From NCBI RefSeq assembly GCF_018977255.1, contig NW_024705335.1, positions 1 through 53,553 on the forward strand: DNA of 53,553 nucleotides, read 5' to 3'. The stretch is from Callorhinchus milii. Lineage: Eukaryota. The notes under the pieces were generated by a model. It was not told the origin of the DNA and searched no databases. It saw only the letters and a list, made by a program, of their open reading frames with translations. The translations under genes and the position numbers were made by a program. Shown piece by piece: positions 22,001-37,000 of the stretch (position 1 is its first letter; each line of letters starts with the position of its first letter).

Positions 22001-25000
22001 TAGTTTTTCATTCCCCGAAGGTTTGCTTCGGGAGTAATGTCACGAGGGGGTTCAATTAGCGACGAGTAATCCCCGACTAACTCCACCATGGTAGTTCCGT
22101 GGATAAAGGAAAAAGGGGCACCAAACGAAACCTAGCCGACAGGACAGCTTTGGCGGGGGATGCGGCTGCGATCATGTCGGAGACCAACAAGATACTTTCA
22201 GGGGCGTCTTTACGGCCAACCCTGTCTCGGTGCTGCCTCTGATAAATCCATTGATGGGAAATGTGTATAGCCGTCGTAATTGAATGAATCCGATGCCCAG
22301 AAAAGACTCGGCAGGCGCAATCTAATAGTTGAGAGTCTATCTGTGAGTTGGAAACTAGTTAGTCGACGTCGGCGCTGTCGGCATTATCTGCCCCAGAACA
22401 CTACCTTGAGCGCCATTCCTTGAAGAGCACCTTCAAGTCGAGGAGCCGATCCAGGCAGATTTGAGGTTAGATACTGGGAGCTCCTCTGTCAATAAGCCGG
22501 TAAGTCGAGGCCACAGAACTGGCGCCTGAGGCGTCGACTGATTTACCATGTAGTTCGAGTCTCTGGTTACTGGGTACACCGCCCGGTCGGATCGTGTAAC
22601 AGTTCCTTTGGGGGCTAGGTTCGTTTACATTGGTTAGTCGAAATATTCGTTTAATGACATTTCCAATTCGCCTGTCAGATCTTAGCATGCGATGTTTGGG
22701 CGTCTTAGACCATTGTGTGACGGTGCCCCGTCATGTAGCGCAAACGAAGAACCTCCTCGCGCACCAGTTTCCGCACCAAGGACTCGGAAGCGTGTCATAC
22801 GCGAACGGCGCGAGGAAACGAGTGCGTTCAGCACGAAGCCAATCGGCGGCTTTCTTTTGCCCCTCGCGGGAGCCCCTGTCCATGGACCCATCGATGGCAT
22901 GACGACACCTGGAATCTACCAATCTCTTTCAGATTACAGATATAGATATTGTACCGGCTAGCCGACGTTATGGGCCTATAGTATTATCTCGGTCTGTTTT
23001 CAACGTTCATAACGAGCAACAAACAAATCCCCTCTTCGTAAGGCACACGCCATTGCGCAAAGTGGGTACTTGGATGAGAGAGGTAGCGAACGTTCGGTGG
23101 TCCCACAATGAGTTGAGGGTGCAGTATAGGGGACGAGTCTGGCAGCACATAGGCTCAAACACCCGCTGGACTGGGCGTTGGGGCATCTATAGTCTAAGAT
23201 CGGGTACAGGTATGCAATCGATCGAGAGCGGTAACTACTAAGCAGTCATATTGACGGCAAGGAACGACGTCCTAACAGAAGCGAGTCGATACTCCCTTAG
23301 GCGTCAAATATATCGATATCGGTGCTAGCGTTAACGACGTTGCATCCAACTTTTCGGTACCTGGCCTATTGAAAAGTATGACCACATTTATGAATGAACT
23401 TTACGGTTCGGCAGATTCTGGCCTTGGGCTGCGCCAATAGCTCGCGTTTTTATTTGGCCATGCTTCCTAACGGAATGTAGTAAAACGACGATCCACAAAG
23501 CGCCAACGAGACGTTTCATAGATTTATGTAAAGGCATGCAATTGTGATCACCCAACTAACCCAGCACACCAACGTCTACACAGCGACCAGTTACAAACGA
23601 CGGAATGGCCAGTTTCATTGGGAAGGATCCGGACAGTAGTAAGAAAATCTTTTGTAGCCTACGCATGTTCCTGTGCAAATAAGACCATAGTGTCATCGGC
23701 TGGAGTTTGTGGGTCAATATAAGGCCCCCTCGGGATAATCTGACATACCCTGATATTCGCGGTCAGTAAAAACGGACGGAGGCATATGAGCGCACCTGTT
23801 ATCGATATGTCTAAAAGGACTCTAAGGATCCGTAAGGACGCGCGGTATCCTGCTCCAGACGACAGAGGCACTGATTTCAGTTCCGCTTCCTGGAGGAGCG
23901 GTCCACACTCAGTTGCCGAAACCGGAGGCGCACTCGTGGAAAACCGGATCACAGTGGCCAGAGAACCCACTAGAACAATCGCGCTTCAGCCAAGCGCCAG
24001 CTAGGGTGAGCTGGGCCACATCGCCGACGCTGAGCAGGCCGTTAATTGACACTTGACCGACCGTCTATAACTTCCATAGATCACAATCCTAACGTGCGGA
24101 GGACATTCACTGATGTAGCCAGAAACATTGCACAGCATGCTATCTAAGTGTATCGTATAGAGAACGACGCCGCCGATACTTTTGAATTAGCTTGGCTGGT
24201 AACAGATGCTCGTGGTTCTTTCTATGCCAGCCCCGCAGGCATGCTAATACTCATCGGGTGATACAAAAGATAGGGACTAGTAGTGGGGCGGCTACAAAAA
24301 TATCTACCTAATAAATATCTGGAGTGAGTCCACTCAAGTTGCCACACATGTATCGGCTATGAGTCAATACCCTTACGCTCTGCAAGTACCGGACATGCTC
24401 GCATTGTATTCCTGCCCTTCATTATTTGTTATGGCCGTCCAAATTTTAAATAATAATTGATAAAGTGAGTGGCACGGTGTGCCTGTTTCCGAGTAGTTGA
24501 ACGGCTATTAATGAGAAGCTTACTTCGCTTACGGCCTAATTCCACGTGGATGACCTGGAGCATCAGTTTCATAAACAGCCCTACCAGAGCACACTTTTTG
24601 TTGCTACGTGTGTCTCATGGCTACCAGTCTCTCCGAAGGCGCCAGATGGCCCCTGGTCTAACGACGGCATCTAAGGGGCTCATTATCGTGATCTATAAAA
24701 CCCGAAATAACGGGCTATATTCCCAGGGGCTTCTCGTCCAATACCCCTAGGTGACACTTATTCAATGGCCGCTTGCTTTAACTTACCCATTGCTTCAGAT
24801 CCGTATGTATGACCGCCATGACAAAAGTGTGGTACTAAGATCGTCCTCAGAACCTAAACTAGCCGTCGCCCCAATTGCCGCCCCGCTGGTTAGCGGATCC
24901 TGACTGTGAGCGTCGACTTTTTTTCAGTCATCTCGTGTTGACTACAGTAAGCTGACGCAAGAGGACCTTGACCGTTACCCCACTGTAATGCCGCGTTTAC

Positions 25001-28000
25001 TTTTAATCGGGCGGATCTGCCGTTTCCGAGTCGAGGACCCAATACACGCGTAAATCTCGAGTCACTTCCCTGAGCCCCAAAGAACAGCTACCCCCGCGAA
25101 ATGGCAGACTCCGAAATACACATGACGCCGAATGATGTGACCCCGGCCTGCATGCGGTTTTACTGCGCGATTTAGAGTGCAAAACTGAGCAGTGAGATTC
25201 TTAAAGTAGGACAGTGGCCAAGGTCCTACGATGTGTGATTCGGATCATCTTGAGTATATCCCCACTTTTTCCAGTAGAGAACATCTCACGTCGGTATTGA
25301 AGTATCGAAGCTCTGGTCCGCCTTAATCGGGAATCAGCTGACTCTGAACAAGAGCGGTAAGGTTGGAAGAACACCTAGCCTCGAAGATTCGCGGTGGAAT
25401 CCAGCAAGCGCATATCTTGCATCACAAATGGCCCCCGTTCTTATGGACTGGGACTGCAGACGCCGGTATCGCGAGGATGAAAGCCGAGAAGTTGATGTAT
25501 GGGGCAGACGCTCCTAGGGCAAGCCGGCATAATGGAAGGCGAAGTCGCCCATTACCTTTATGTCTGAGCCCGCCGTGCCCAAAGTGACGGGTGACTGACT
25601 GATGTTAGCGGTCTCGGGCGCGGGGCCTGGTGAATGTACCCTCAGTTATGTTCCAGCCGGCTCTAGACATGTACCCACCCGGCTAGAGGCGCAACTAGAC
25701 ATACCGATACCACGAGTCGCACATGGACTCCAAGTGTGTAAGTCCTGTGCTCTTCATGAGCCCAAGGTTAGCGAACCAAACGCTAGGGTATGTCTAGTGG
25801 TTCCCAGCAAATCCGTTCTTTTGATTCGCTATGTCGTCTGTTCATCAGATGTCCGTCGACCTTCCTTCGATAAAAAGGACAACACCCCGATTATAATTCG
25901 CGGGCCGCACTGCTACGTACCCCACTAAGTAGAGCAACTGGCAAAAAAGGATTATGCTAGAATCTCAAATTATGAACAACAGTGCTGCCATCTGCGGGAT
26001 CGTCGGGTAGCTGCAAAAGGTGATCCGGGGCGGCGCGACTCCGAGTTTGTTGACGTATGCGATAGCTGGTGATCTGAGCCCTGGTACTGAGCTTTTACGA
26101 TATCAGTTCCCTGTTCATAACTAACAGCTTACGGTTGTAAGGAACAAGAGTCCTCATAGTAACGAAAGGGTAGAGTGGGATGCTCTACATGACGTATAAC
26201 CTTCTCGTATCGTCGTCCGTCGGTAGTGCAACACCTCATAGGATGAGCATTTGCATTGCGACCCATCCCAATTATCCGCTAAAGGTATTAATTGGCCCGC
26301 TTACCACACGTTGATCTGCAACGCGTAAAGAGTTGGAGGATGAGCATATGGGTGCCATCAGTTATAGTGGCCAAGCTGCCGACCTATGAGTACATACTTT
26401 CTGTCTAACCTACAGTTATACAAGCTATCAAGGACTGACCTATATTTCAGATTGTGGATGAGGTGTATCAGTCACAATGAGCTCACGATGCGCCTGTCCG
26501 CTCGATCGTACTCACTCTTATGGGTACGGTCTCTACGCCTCGCAATTAAAGGCAGCATTCGGACATGTACGACCTGGAGCATGTCAGATCCTCTCAACTA
26601 CAAGGGTTCTTAGTCAGCTGACATTATGCTGTGGTCAAATTCTTTACCGTGTGCCTCCGATTGGGTATAAGGTTAACTTTTTGGGCGAGCGGACTCGTGC
26701 GTCCTCTGAAAGCCATTTAAGTTCTCCGTAAGCGCCCTTATAAGGTGGCACCCGAGTGTCCACGAGTATGTACGACGGACGCGAAAAAATCAGGGTAAAC
26801 GGAGGGTTCCAGCAAAGAAAGACGATATGGAAAGAATCCGTGCTGCTCTGCGCGCAAACGTGGATACCAAATTCGTCCGCGATAAAATGGGTGCCGTCTT
26901 CAAAACGCACAAAGCCTTCCACTACGAAAAGTTGGCAACCCGTTCAATATGCTGCGTTTGCTGCATGGGTAGGTCAACTTTAACAAGACTTCGATTATTA
27001 CGTCTTACCTTCACTACCTTAGGTCTAACACAGTCTATGTAATCCACTGACCTAGATAAAATGGGCCGTAGCATATGAGACTTCAACTCACACGGTACAG
27101 TCCCGGTTCCCAAGTCGCTATCAAGGACCCACTAAGCGCCGGACTTTGATTAGTGTACATTCGAGAAGTCAAGAATGACCAGGTCAGAGTAAGTTCGGAG
27201 CCTTACATTTGCAATAATGAGTTTGAACACGCGCCTCGTCACACTTTATGGCCGAGCGCCCCACTGCTCAGGGTAGCACCTGAGGAGGATTGAAAAACAA
27301 GACATGTACGTTAACCTTTCTTTTCCATACACGCGAGGAAAACCGGCAAATGTAGTGCTTTAAGCTACAATATCAGAGGCCTGTGCAGATTCGCCTGTTA
27401 GCTTCAATAGTAAGTTCCCCCGGTACGGATGTAGTAGCACTATAGGTGTCCAGGCGTAGGTCGGTACTGGCGCGACGGCCCTAGTGTTATATCGCATTCT
27501 CAATCCTCAAAGCGGTAGTCGAAGTAATACGTGGTTCACTAGCCCTCAGGCAGACGGTACTATAGTTGGACTAGGTCCCAATGGATCAGACTCATGAACG
27601 TTGTGGCCCAGTACATAGTACGTCATTGCCCTACCACTGCCTAGAGATCTATACCGTTGATGCGTGCACCGGTATACCAGTACACACTCGTACACCATTG
27701 GCCCCACATGATGCCCCCAGTCTAGTAAAGTGGCGGTTGCAAGCTCGTGTCGGCATACGCAACATTGCTGGCTTACCCACTGGAGGATCTTGGCGTACAC
27801 CTAGTTAATTTAACTCATCTACAATAATGGTTTTCCCGGAAAGCTTATGCCTTACTGGTGGACGTTGAGCCGACAATAGAAGTAGTCGCCATTCATGTTG
27901 CCTGCGCACTTAATGGACCGCCAGCGTTACTGGTGCAGTACATTTCGCTATAATCCGTTCCGAAACGTGTCTAAAAGTTTATTTGCGCTAACTCAGGCGT

Positions 28001-31000
28001 TACGAAATCCCACCTGGTTTGAAAACTGGGTATTTCAACTGAAAATATGCTAAGAGGATGCCTTTGTTGGACTGTAGCATTAATACCTCTTGGCTCCTAG
28101 TAACAGCAGGCAGGTTTGGACAGGTAGTAGCCGCAAGGCTTTGCTACAACTACGTGAAGTTTATGCGGCAAGAGGGAGGGTGACGCAACTTGTCACCAAG
28201 AGTTTCTCTCTGCTCGAGCCCCGAAGAATCCATACAAACGCGCGCGCCTCTGGTGTGGTCTAAGAACGTGCACCAGCTACGACTACTCTATTGTAAGCGG
28301 TGCCTATAGAGGCGAACGTAATTGGTGTTAGTCCCAGGCTTCCACAAACTCGCAAATGTGAAAAGTTCTGTTAGGGAAACGGCTGTAGTAGTTGGAATCG
28401 AAGCACGGTGGTGTCCCCCGGTATTCCCATACGGGCATTGCTGTAACTAAACCCTGAGCCGGGAATGGAAAACAATCAGGGGATGGTCTTTCATTTCAGG
28501 CGAAACCTGAAGCAGTTCGGCACTATTACAGTAGCGCCCATACGACCCCACCATCATTGTCAATATTACCAAAAAGAAGAGTCAGCACTTCGTAATGGGG
28601 CTCAACCACGCCGCTGTGCCCCCTTAGGATAGCGGTAACCTCTAGCACAGTGTTCGTTGGCTTATCGTCGGAATGTTTCCCCTTGAGAGGAACCAACAGG
28701 GGTAAGGTAGGGCAGCCCTCGTTTTACGAAATTAGATAGTGCTAGGCCCACTAGAAGTTGGACCTATATACTGAGTTATGAGTCGCAATGTTCGGCAGTG
28801 GTTAGAGCGCGCGCAAAACGCGTTATCATGTTTTTGTGGTATTCCCTACTGACGCCCGACAGCAAAGTATGATCCGGTCGAACTCGGACAGCTATGCCTT
28901 TCATCTATCCCTCCGCGGACGTAGGACACTCTACTATCAACAGGCTTGATCCTAAGTGTCCAACACGCCTGTACACCCGAGGTCACGAGCAAGGTGGGTC
29001 CGCGGTTATTCGCACTATCTCATTGAGCTAGCTCAACCGCTTAGCAAAACTTCCTAGAAGAGCTGCCCAGGACACCGGTAGTAAGGCAATTCTATTTGGG
29101 TTTTGGCACCTCATATTGAACCTGAGGTAGGAGAAATCGACCATTTCACACCAGATATTCCCTTGTTTAATTCTTAGACGTCGAGGGTTTCCATATCGTT
29201 GGACGGTCCGTAGTCAACGTGCGCCTTTTTGAATGCTTAGAGCTTGGAAGCGGTCTATGTTACTAAAACACTGTACCCATCCAGCTCGCCCTGCGATGAC
29301 GGCCGGGGGCTTAGTCGAACTATGACGAACCCGATGTTAGACCACAACTGTGATACTCCCCCAGTGGTCGTAACAATCTCCTCATAGTGCTTACTTGCCT
29401 CTGCCCAATGGGCGAAACAGTGTTGTACCTGATCCAGTAGCTATCCCTCAGCCTGTACGCGCCATCCCGACGCCCTCACTCGTGCCCAAGATACAGCCCG
29501 TAACATTCGAGATGATACGTGCTTAGCATCATACTAAGCAAAGGAAATTTAAAACAGCAATTTTTTCATTGCAACCGAGCAGAGAACTGATCAAAAAATA
29601 AACTTGAATCTATCTGATAACTAATTGGATCCTCGCTCCCGTTATGTTTGATCGTAAATGTTATCAATTGGCGTCTTAGAGGCTACAACCGATCTAGTGG
29701 AAGTGGCGCCCGTTAGCTAATCTTGTCAATTACACGTAATTGCGTTGACATATGGACCGTAATTGATGCAGTGATTGTTAGGACTACCGCCGACCTCTGT
29801 GATGTTCAACTGTATCAAACTATAGCAAAATCACCATCGACATAGCGTTCAACCGGCAGCCCTTATTCAATGCAACACGGTCAGGTTTTACACGTGAAAT
29901 GGTCGTTAGTCCCGATGAACTCCGTTCAGAGGCCGGCGAATTACGGTGGCATCCAGATGCATCTGTCTCCATGCCACAGAGGTCGTTTGGCTCGTGATCC
30001 CCTACCCTCCCGAATGAACGGCTCGAATCTGGACTGAGGAGAGGAGGGCGGGACCTAGGGCCCGCAGCACGAGGCCACCCATGAGCAGAAGTATCGGCGC
30101 TGAGGTTCGTACGGGTCGTGCGAGTGTCAGGTTACATGGCGTGCCACCGGCGTGTCAGTTAGAACGATAGGTTGATTCGTGATTCCAAATCATCGACTAT
30201 CACTTTGACTAGTGCAGTGGCACTATAGAATTGTTGGCTGATGCTAGTGTGTCGAAGGTGTCTATGACCACTCCGTCTTTTCCCCCCGCCATGTGATGGG
30301 GAACAGGTCAGTCTATAGCATTTCGCGTGGCTACCTCTGGAAGTAGCTCGATGAAGTCAGTGGTTGCATACGGATGTTCTCCGAGATCCGACATCTCAGT
30401 TGATCGGCGTTCTATTAATAGTCAGCCGGTGCTGTCCCGTTTTACATCGGTCTGACAAGTACGACTTGGCCTACGATGGAATAAGACGTTTCGTCCCGCT
30501 GTACGGACAGTCCGGCGGCGATCTGGCGCAACTTACGCGTTAACTTCCACCTAGCGTTGATGGCGTTCTCAATCCCCTAAGGGTCTGTTAGAGACCTTTA
30601 ACGCTCAGACCCACGTGATATTTATCTCGAAGGCTATCTTAAGCTCGACCCTACGTAGCAGTCGTAACACACGGCCCGGGTCCGTGCATAGACAGATAGT
30701 GGATAACTGGACGATAAATCGGTGAACTGTGTCTGTCCCACTTTCTGTGTACTCGCGAAACGTCGTGAAAGATCGAGAAGCGCAGGATTCAGTTTCAGTC
30801 GGCTATGGCTAGAGCTATATACTTAGCAGCATAGGAGTGCACTAGTTAAAGGGCCCATGTCACTCGGGGTTGGCGGCGGAGGCCTACTGAATGCAGGGGG
30901 GACGTATCCGGAGGTCTTAGATGTGCCGGTACAACCGACGCCCGGTCTACTACGTTAGTCAATAGTTGAAGAAAATCGCACAAGAAGCGACGGCCGCGCC

Positions 31001-34000
31001 GGACTCTGACCCGATGCACTCCTCGCCACCACGCTTGAGGCACTCACTGAACTGGCAATGTCTGATGCGCCGTCTGGAAGGTTTACTTGTTAGCGTTATG
31101 TTTCATGTGCAATTATAGGCAATGAGTTCCTAAGGTGCCGCGGTCCCGGCATCTCCCCATACATGCGACTCCTCACTTAAAAGATTTAGAGGGTATCATA
31201 AGTATCATGTCCAGTATGTACCGTCGTCGGATAGGAGGAGGGGGGTGCCGCACCCATCTGAACAAATAACACCATCACTCCCAAAGCGTTCAATAATTTC
31301 ATCGATTCAGGTGCCTGCGGCCAGTGCGCTTATATCAGATTGAAGGGCAAATGCCGGAGGGTGGGACCTACTTAAAAACAACACTAATCAGTGCAATCGC
31401 GGTTCAGGGGCAGGGATCAAGACCAGATCAAGTCCTGGACGTTTTGCCGATGGCCCAATTATCACAGCTGAAACAAGGGAGCGCCGGTCTTGAACAAGGT
31501 GACGGGCAAAGACAGACGACCAGGCTGGACACTATGTGAACGCACACCCACGAGAGAACGGTGAAGTGGAGGGCCCTCGTATTCTCGCTCATAGATCATG
31601 TCAGCGTCGTGTAGGGCTTGCGGGTCCGCAGACCCGGAAAGCTCTAAATGAAGCTTGTGATGACCATTCTCAGTCGCATTATAACCAGTGGATATCTACG
31701 GGTCCTGTTTCATTACCCCGTCCACTACTGGACAGGGGAACTAGAAGTTACTTCTTGAATTATTTATCGAAGCGTTCCTTCATATAGCTAATGACCATTT
31801 CAGAACGAATCTTATGGCCCCCAGCAAAGATAACCAAAACCAGTTGCGGAGTGATTTATCCACAGTCGCCCGAACCATTCTCGGCAGGCATCCGCTCATT
31901 GTTCGAATCTTCATTAAAGGGATTTCCGTCGAATTATCAGTCGCACTGTGATAAGCAACCTCGGCAAACTGCGGAGAACCCAGTGTGATTCTTTGATCCT
32001 AGCCCATTAACATCTAATCTAACATGAACTAACATTGAGTGTAGCCGTCGCGCTTGCGTGGGGCTACGCAATGAGCAGTACTATTGTAAAGCGGGTAAAC
32101 TTCTCGCTATAGCTCACATGGGTGTAATCCACCCCTCAGTGCTCCGAGTTAATTGCTTCACGTAGCATCACGAAGCGGAGCGCTGCGCATCATAATCGGG
32201 GTCCCGGGTAGTGCTTACGCACAACTGGGAAACGAATCTCAGGGATGGATCCTTTCCCCGTTTACTCCTGTTGGGGCCAACAAGCAGAGAATAAACATAT
32301 TCTCGATGGTGATGAAGTGATGGCGCCCGGGACTTGTGGAACTCCTGTTTTTATCGAGAATATAGCACCCATCTTACCACGTGTCCTAGCTGCTCCTACC
32401 TAGGTGATTCGTGTACTTATCGCATGTGAATCACTGGGGAACATGCATCGCCGCAAACCGCATGACTATGGTTGACTATGAGACACGCAACGTCGAAGTC
32501 TCCTTAGGCTGGGGGTTCTAAGTCATGCGAGCGTAAAGATCGCCCTTTACTAACACACGTGATCTAATCCTTCTTGTTCATTCTAATAGCGGCCGTAAGG
32601 ACACATCAAGAAGCTCCTCGCAGATGTCCTGCGCATTACTCGCGGGTTATCTGGCAGTGTGTCGCCACTAATTTTTGACTGTGAGTGTCAATGAGACTTC
32701 ACGACTCAAACAAGGTACGTGGATGTCATGCCAAGTAAATCGGCTGCTTACTCCCAGCTGGATTCCACACCGTGGGGCAGCGTCGTATTTTTAGACTCTT
32801 GGTTCAAATCTCGCGCAATTCGCGGCTATGATAAACAACAGGAACACCCCGGGATTAGTTTAGTCACATTTGAGTGCACGGGTAGTAAGAGCGTCGCACA
32901 TGAGCAGGGCCCTCCGAAATTATTTAACGTACACGTTTCCTATTCTTGGAGCTAGAGGCACGAGGCATAGCCCGTTTTTGACGCGAGCAGGACACGTATA
33001 GAAGATAAGCCACGGGGCCTAACATACCTATAGTTCAGAGACGATATCTATCGGTTTGCGCGGGCGGCGTGGCATTTAATCGATAGAGAAAACCCCTAAG
33101 CGTACCTACGCGCCAGATTATTCGACCAAATAGCGAGAGAAACACTCACCAATAATATGAAGATAACAGTCCTAGTGAACCCTTCCATCACATTGGAAAC
33201 AAGTTTCATGAAAATCACCTGTCCAAGACACGAGCCGGACGTCAAGGAGCTTAGTTAGATTCCTACAGGAATGTAAATAGGCGGGTCATGTGCGATCCGA
33301 CACGCAAACATCACCGCCCGGCTCAATTTCGGCGCGTTGCTGCTGAACTGTCACTGGAGCGACAAAACGAGTCATGAATCTGTACTGGACTTCGAGCGCG
33401 GTCTAAGCTTCTAGACTAACTCTTAAATAGAACGTGACTCAGTAGCATATCACTTCAGCGAGGTCGAGACGCGTAGTCTTATTGAGTAGCCAATGAGGTA
33501 GTACCAAATGTCAGTCGAGTTAAGTGATGTACGTCCTATCCGAATGCAGTCCTGTTGAGTACCACATAATTTGACCTAGTCTCGTCCCCTTTCAGTTGAC
33601 TGTGCCCCAGAAACAGATCGTCGATAGTGTCCACTCGGAGCTAACCTTGACCGAACGATGGTAATGCGTGATAGTTCTAATTGCTCGACAGTGAGGGCCG
33701 TTGTCAATTGATAAACCTGTAGGATGTTTCAACAACTGGATAGGCAAGACGCGCGTATAGGTCCGGCACGGTGCCTGCATTCGATACTGACCCCTGAGTC
33801 CTCAAGTGTGAGCGGATTGATCTAACTTTTCGATAGTACAAATACAGCTTGGGCCCCTGCAAGTTGCACTCATAGTCGTGGTAACATTACCCGTTGAGGG
33901 GGCAGCATTGAAAGGAGTGCTGCACTTTGCCGTGACTGACTGATTTCGAACTTACCTCATTCTCGAGTCTGAATGAACACCGTTGGAAGCTAAGCGGACT

Positions 34001-37000
34001 CGCCAACTTGCACGAGTTCTCTTTGATTGCCGGAGTCCACGGGTGGAGAAAAAGAACAGAGACTATGTCTTTGCGGCACACTTGTCGATCTAACGCCCAT
34101 TAATTTACAGATAATTACATCGGGACTATTAGGCTCGCCGGATGTATTGGTACAACCAATGAAATTAGGCATGACGCTCCGCATGGCCGATGTCGATCTG
34201 TCAACTGGGGTAAAGAGTCCGTCGTTTTTATGAATCATAACATAAGTTTCGGGCCTGAACCTGTGGCTCAGTTGAGCGTTTCAAGACGAGGCCTCTCAAA
34301 AATTTAAGTATAATGCCAAGCGGTGGAGTGTCGTATCGTTAATTCCTCACAGGTCCCGTTGATCTGGGTTCTAGTCGAAGTTCTCAGTCGCATATATTCT
34401 AATACCGAAACTTACACCAGAAGTCTTCTGTCAAGTCTGCATAATGTAGAGCGTCCAGAGGAGAAGGGGATACCAGGTATTAGGTCAAAAAATTTTATCT
34501 CCGCTGCGGTGACGTAGCATTCGATTTCGGTGATAGGCGCAAACACCACATCGCCACTGTGCTCAGTAATCTTTAACTCTATGTACGGATTAATGGGTCA
34601 CAAAGGCGTTCGTAGCCGATCGTGATCAATGACCGAGGAGTTATCATACGACCACTTGTAAGGGTCTTGAGGGAGTGCAGTTTCACCTACGGTCTCCCCC
34701 AAACTGAATTGGCTGTATCGTCTTGGCGTCCTCATCGGGAAGGTTTCGTCTTAGATATTCGAGCTGGTTTGTGCCACCGGAGGCGCATAGGATCGATAGG
34801 CTGCGAATTGAAGCTTCCATGGTGAAGGGCCTATCGGGAAAAAAAGTCCCGTCGGATTGTGCTTATGACTGCCGGGGAGCCCATCAGCCTGTTTTACCAT
34901 AGAGTTGAGGTTTATACATGATAGGCGCCAATAATGGTTATGCAGAGGTCGTCTAACGTAAAATGCCTTCATTGAAACCCGCTCCACCGCGCAACAAGGG
35001 TGAGTTTCGTTGCTTGTAACTTAACAGCGCACGGACGTTGCCCGCTAGAATGGAAGTAGAACGGAGTCTATGCGGATATAGCCAGATCGCGCCTGAAATT
35101 AGGACCCAGGCAAGACGGTGATGCACATAGAGGCAGAGGAGACGCTTACTCCGCTCACTTTCGACACTGTTACTACTCCGCCACAGTAACCCCATGCTTT
35201 TAAAGGTAAAGCATGAGCAAGATAAGATCAGCCGCCATTCGAGAACAGGGCCCAAACGAAATCCCGCATTATAGAAAAAGAGCTATCAGATCCGTGTACC
35301 TGGTGACGCTGCCCTCCCAGAACCCTGGACGTTGGCCAAGCTCTGCGTATTATATCATAGGGGTAGTCCACAGCCTAAGGTAACAGGCATTTGCGTCTAA
35401 CATTCGAGCCGCTTTCATGAAGAAACCAACGTGACGGTTCAGTGTACCTAAGCATTCATCCGGACCACTGATCACCCAACCTCAGATGAGCAGGCGATGA
35501 TCCTGTTATATCAACTTATGGCGCATTTCATGCCGAGGGGTTAACGTGACATCAAAGTTGAACGTTCTAGTTCAACGTTGCCGTTCTTACGACTCATCTG
35601 TGTGCATCGATTAGACGAGGGGTCAGATGGTCGTTCACGCGTACGTGCCTGGCTGCTGTTCGAACATATCCATAATTCCCCTGACTCAATTAGATAATGC
35701 AACAAGCCGACAGTCAACCAGCCGACTACGGTACAAACTGAAGCGTGTAGGAACGCCATGCTAGCAGTTCAAACAGATGGCATGAGTATCGTGTATTATC
35801 CCTTGCCCAAATCTTGCGTACAATGGAACTTTAGAAGTCGACGTCCACAAGGGAACCACCGAACAGGTAAATTCTTCTAGGTGGAATGTGCGGATAAGGG
35901 GATTCCGGACGCTTAACTAAGGGCTACGAGGAAACTTCCGCCGGAGCGGAACTATATCATTTAAAAACGATGCTATAGTCTTAAATTACGCGGTGCTTGC
36001 GACTAGACTTTCCATTCATCACGGGGGAGTCGGTCGATGGGCCCCACGACGGTTATCTAGGGGTCGATGTCCAGGTGATGCGGGCAGGGTAAGTAGCTTA
36101 GGTGCTTGCGCCCTCAGCCCCTCGATTAACGGTTCTGGGGAGCACGAGGATTATTCCTCTAAAATCGAGACTCATAATTTGTTGCCTTCACCACCACTCG
36201 CCACAGAACAAGGGACGTGTGCTATATAGGAAATTATCGTTGCTTAGTATCGCGGTGTTGTGAGGGGTTGTGTCGCAACGGTAATCACTTGAGCTCGTAT
36301 AACCACAAGTCGACAAAGCAGTACGAGAGTGGAACCGTTCGAATCCCTATGGGCATTCGCATCTACAAAATCCAGAGTGTGTGATGGGTTTTCCGCGACC
36401 CGAATCCAAGAAGGCAATGGCAGCAGATACTCCCGGTCAAGTCGCCATGAGTTCGCGCGGTCCTAACTACGCGGCCCTTAGCCGTATTAACGTTGAGCGG
36501 TCTTATACGCTCACTTAACCCGCGGCGATAGGCAGCCCTGAAGTGAGTGTTAGTTCGGGATCGGAATCGGCACTTTATTGTATCCTAGAGCCGCACTCGA
36601 TATCCGTACCCATGCGTGAGCATAGACAGGTCCGCGCAGTGTCATTGTTGCAGAACACGACTCAGTTCTTGACCAAACTAGAGATCCGGCATAACCCAAG
36701 GAGACTCGCCCTTAGCGCAGTCCTAGCTGATGAATATGCTATCTGTCCCGTATGACGGATAACGGCAGTTTGGAGCCCGCAACAGCTATAGACGAGCACA
36801 TGAGATACATCAGGACATACTTGTGGTGCCCTGAAAGCTCAGTGTGGAAGGGCGGTGTTAGGTCTAATCAGAGGTAGGAGGACCGCTAGACCTAGTGCCT
36901 TACCAACGGGATGTTCAGCGGAGCCTCCACAACGTTACGGTCACAGTGTCGCTCGGCGTGAAACCGCAAGCCATACAGACTGGTTGTTTGGGTTCGGGGT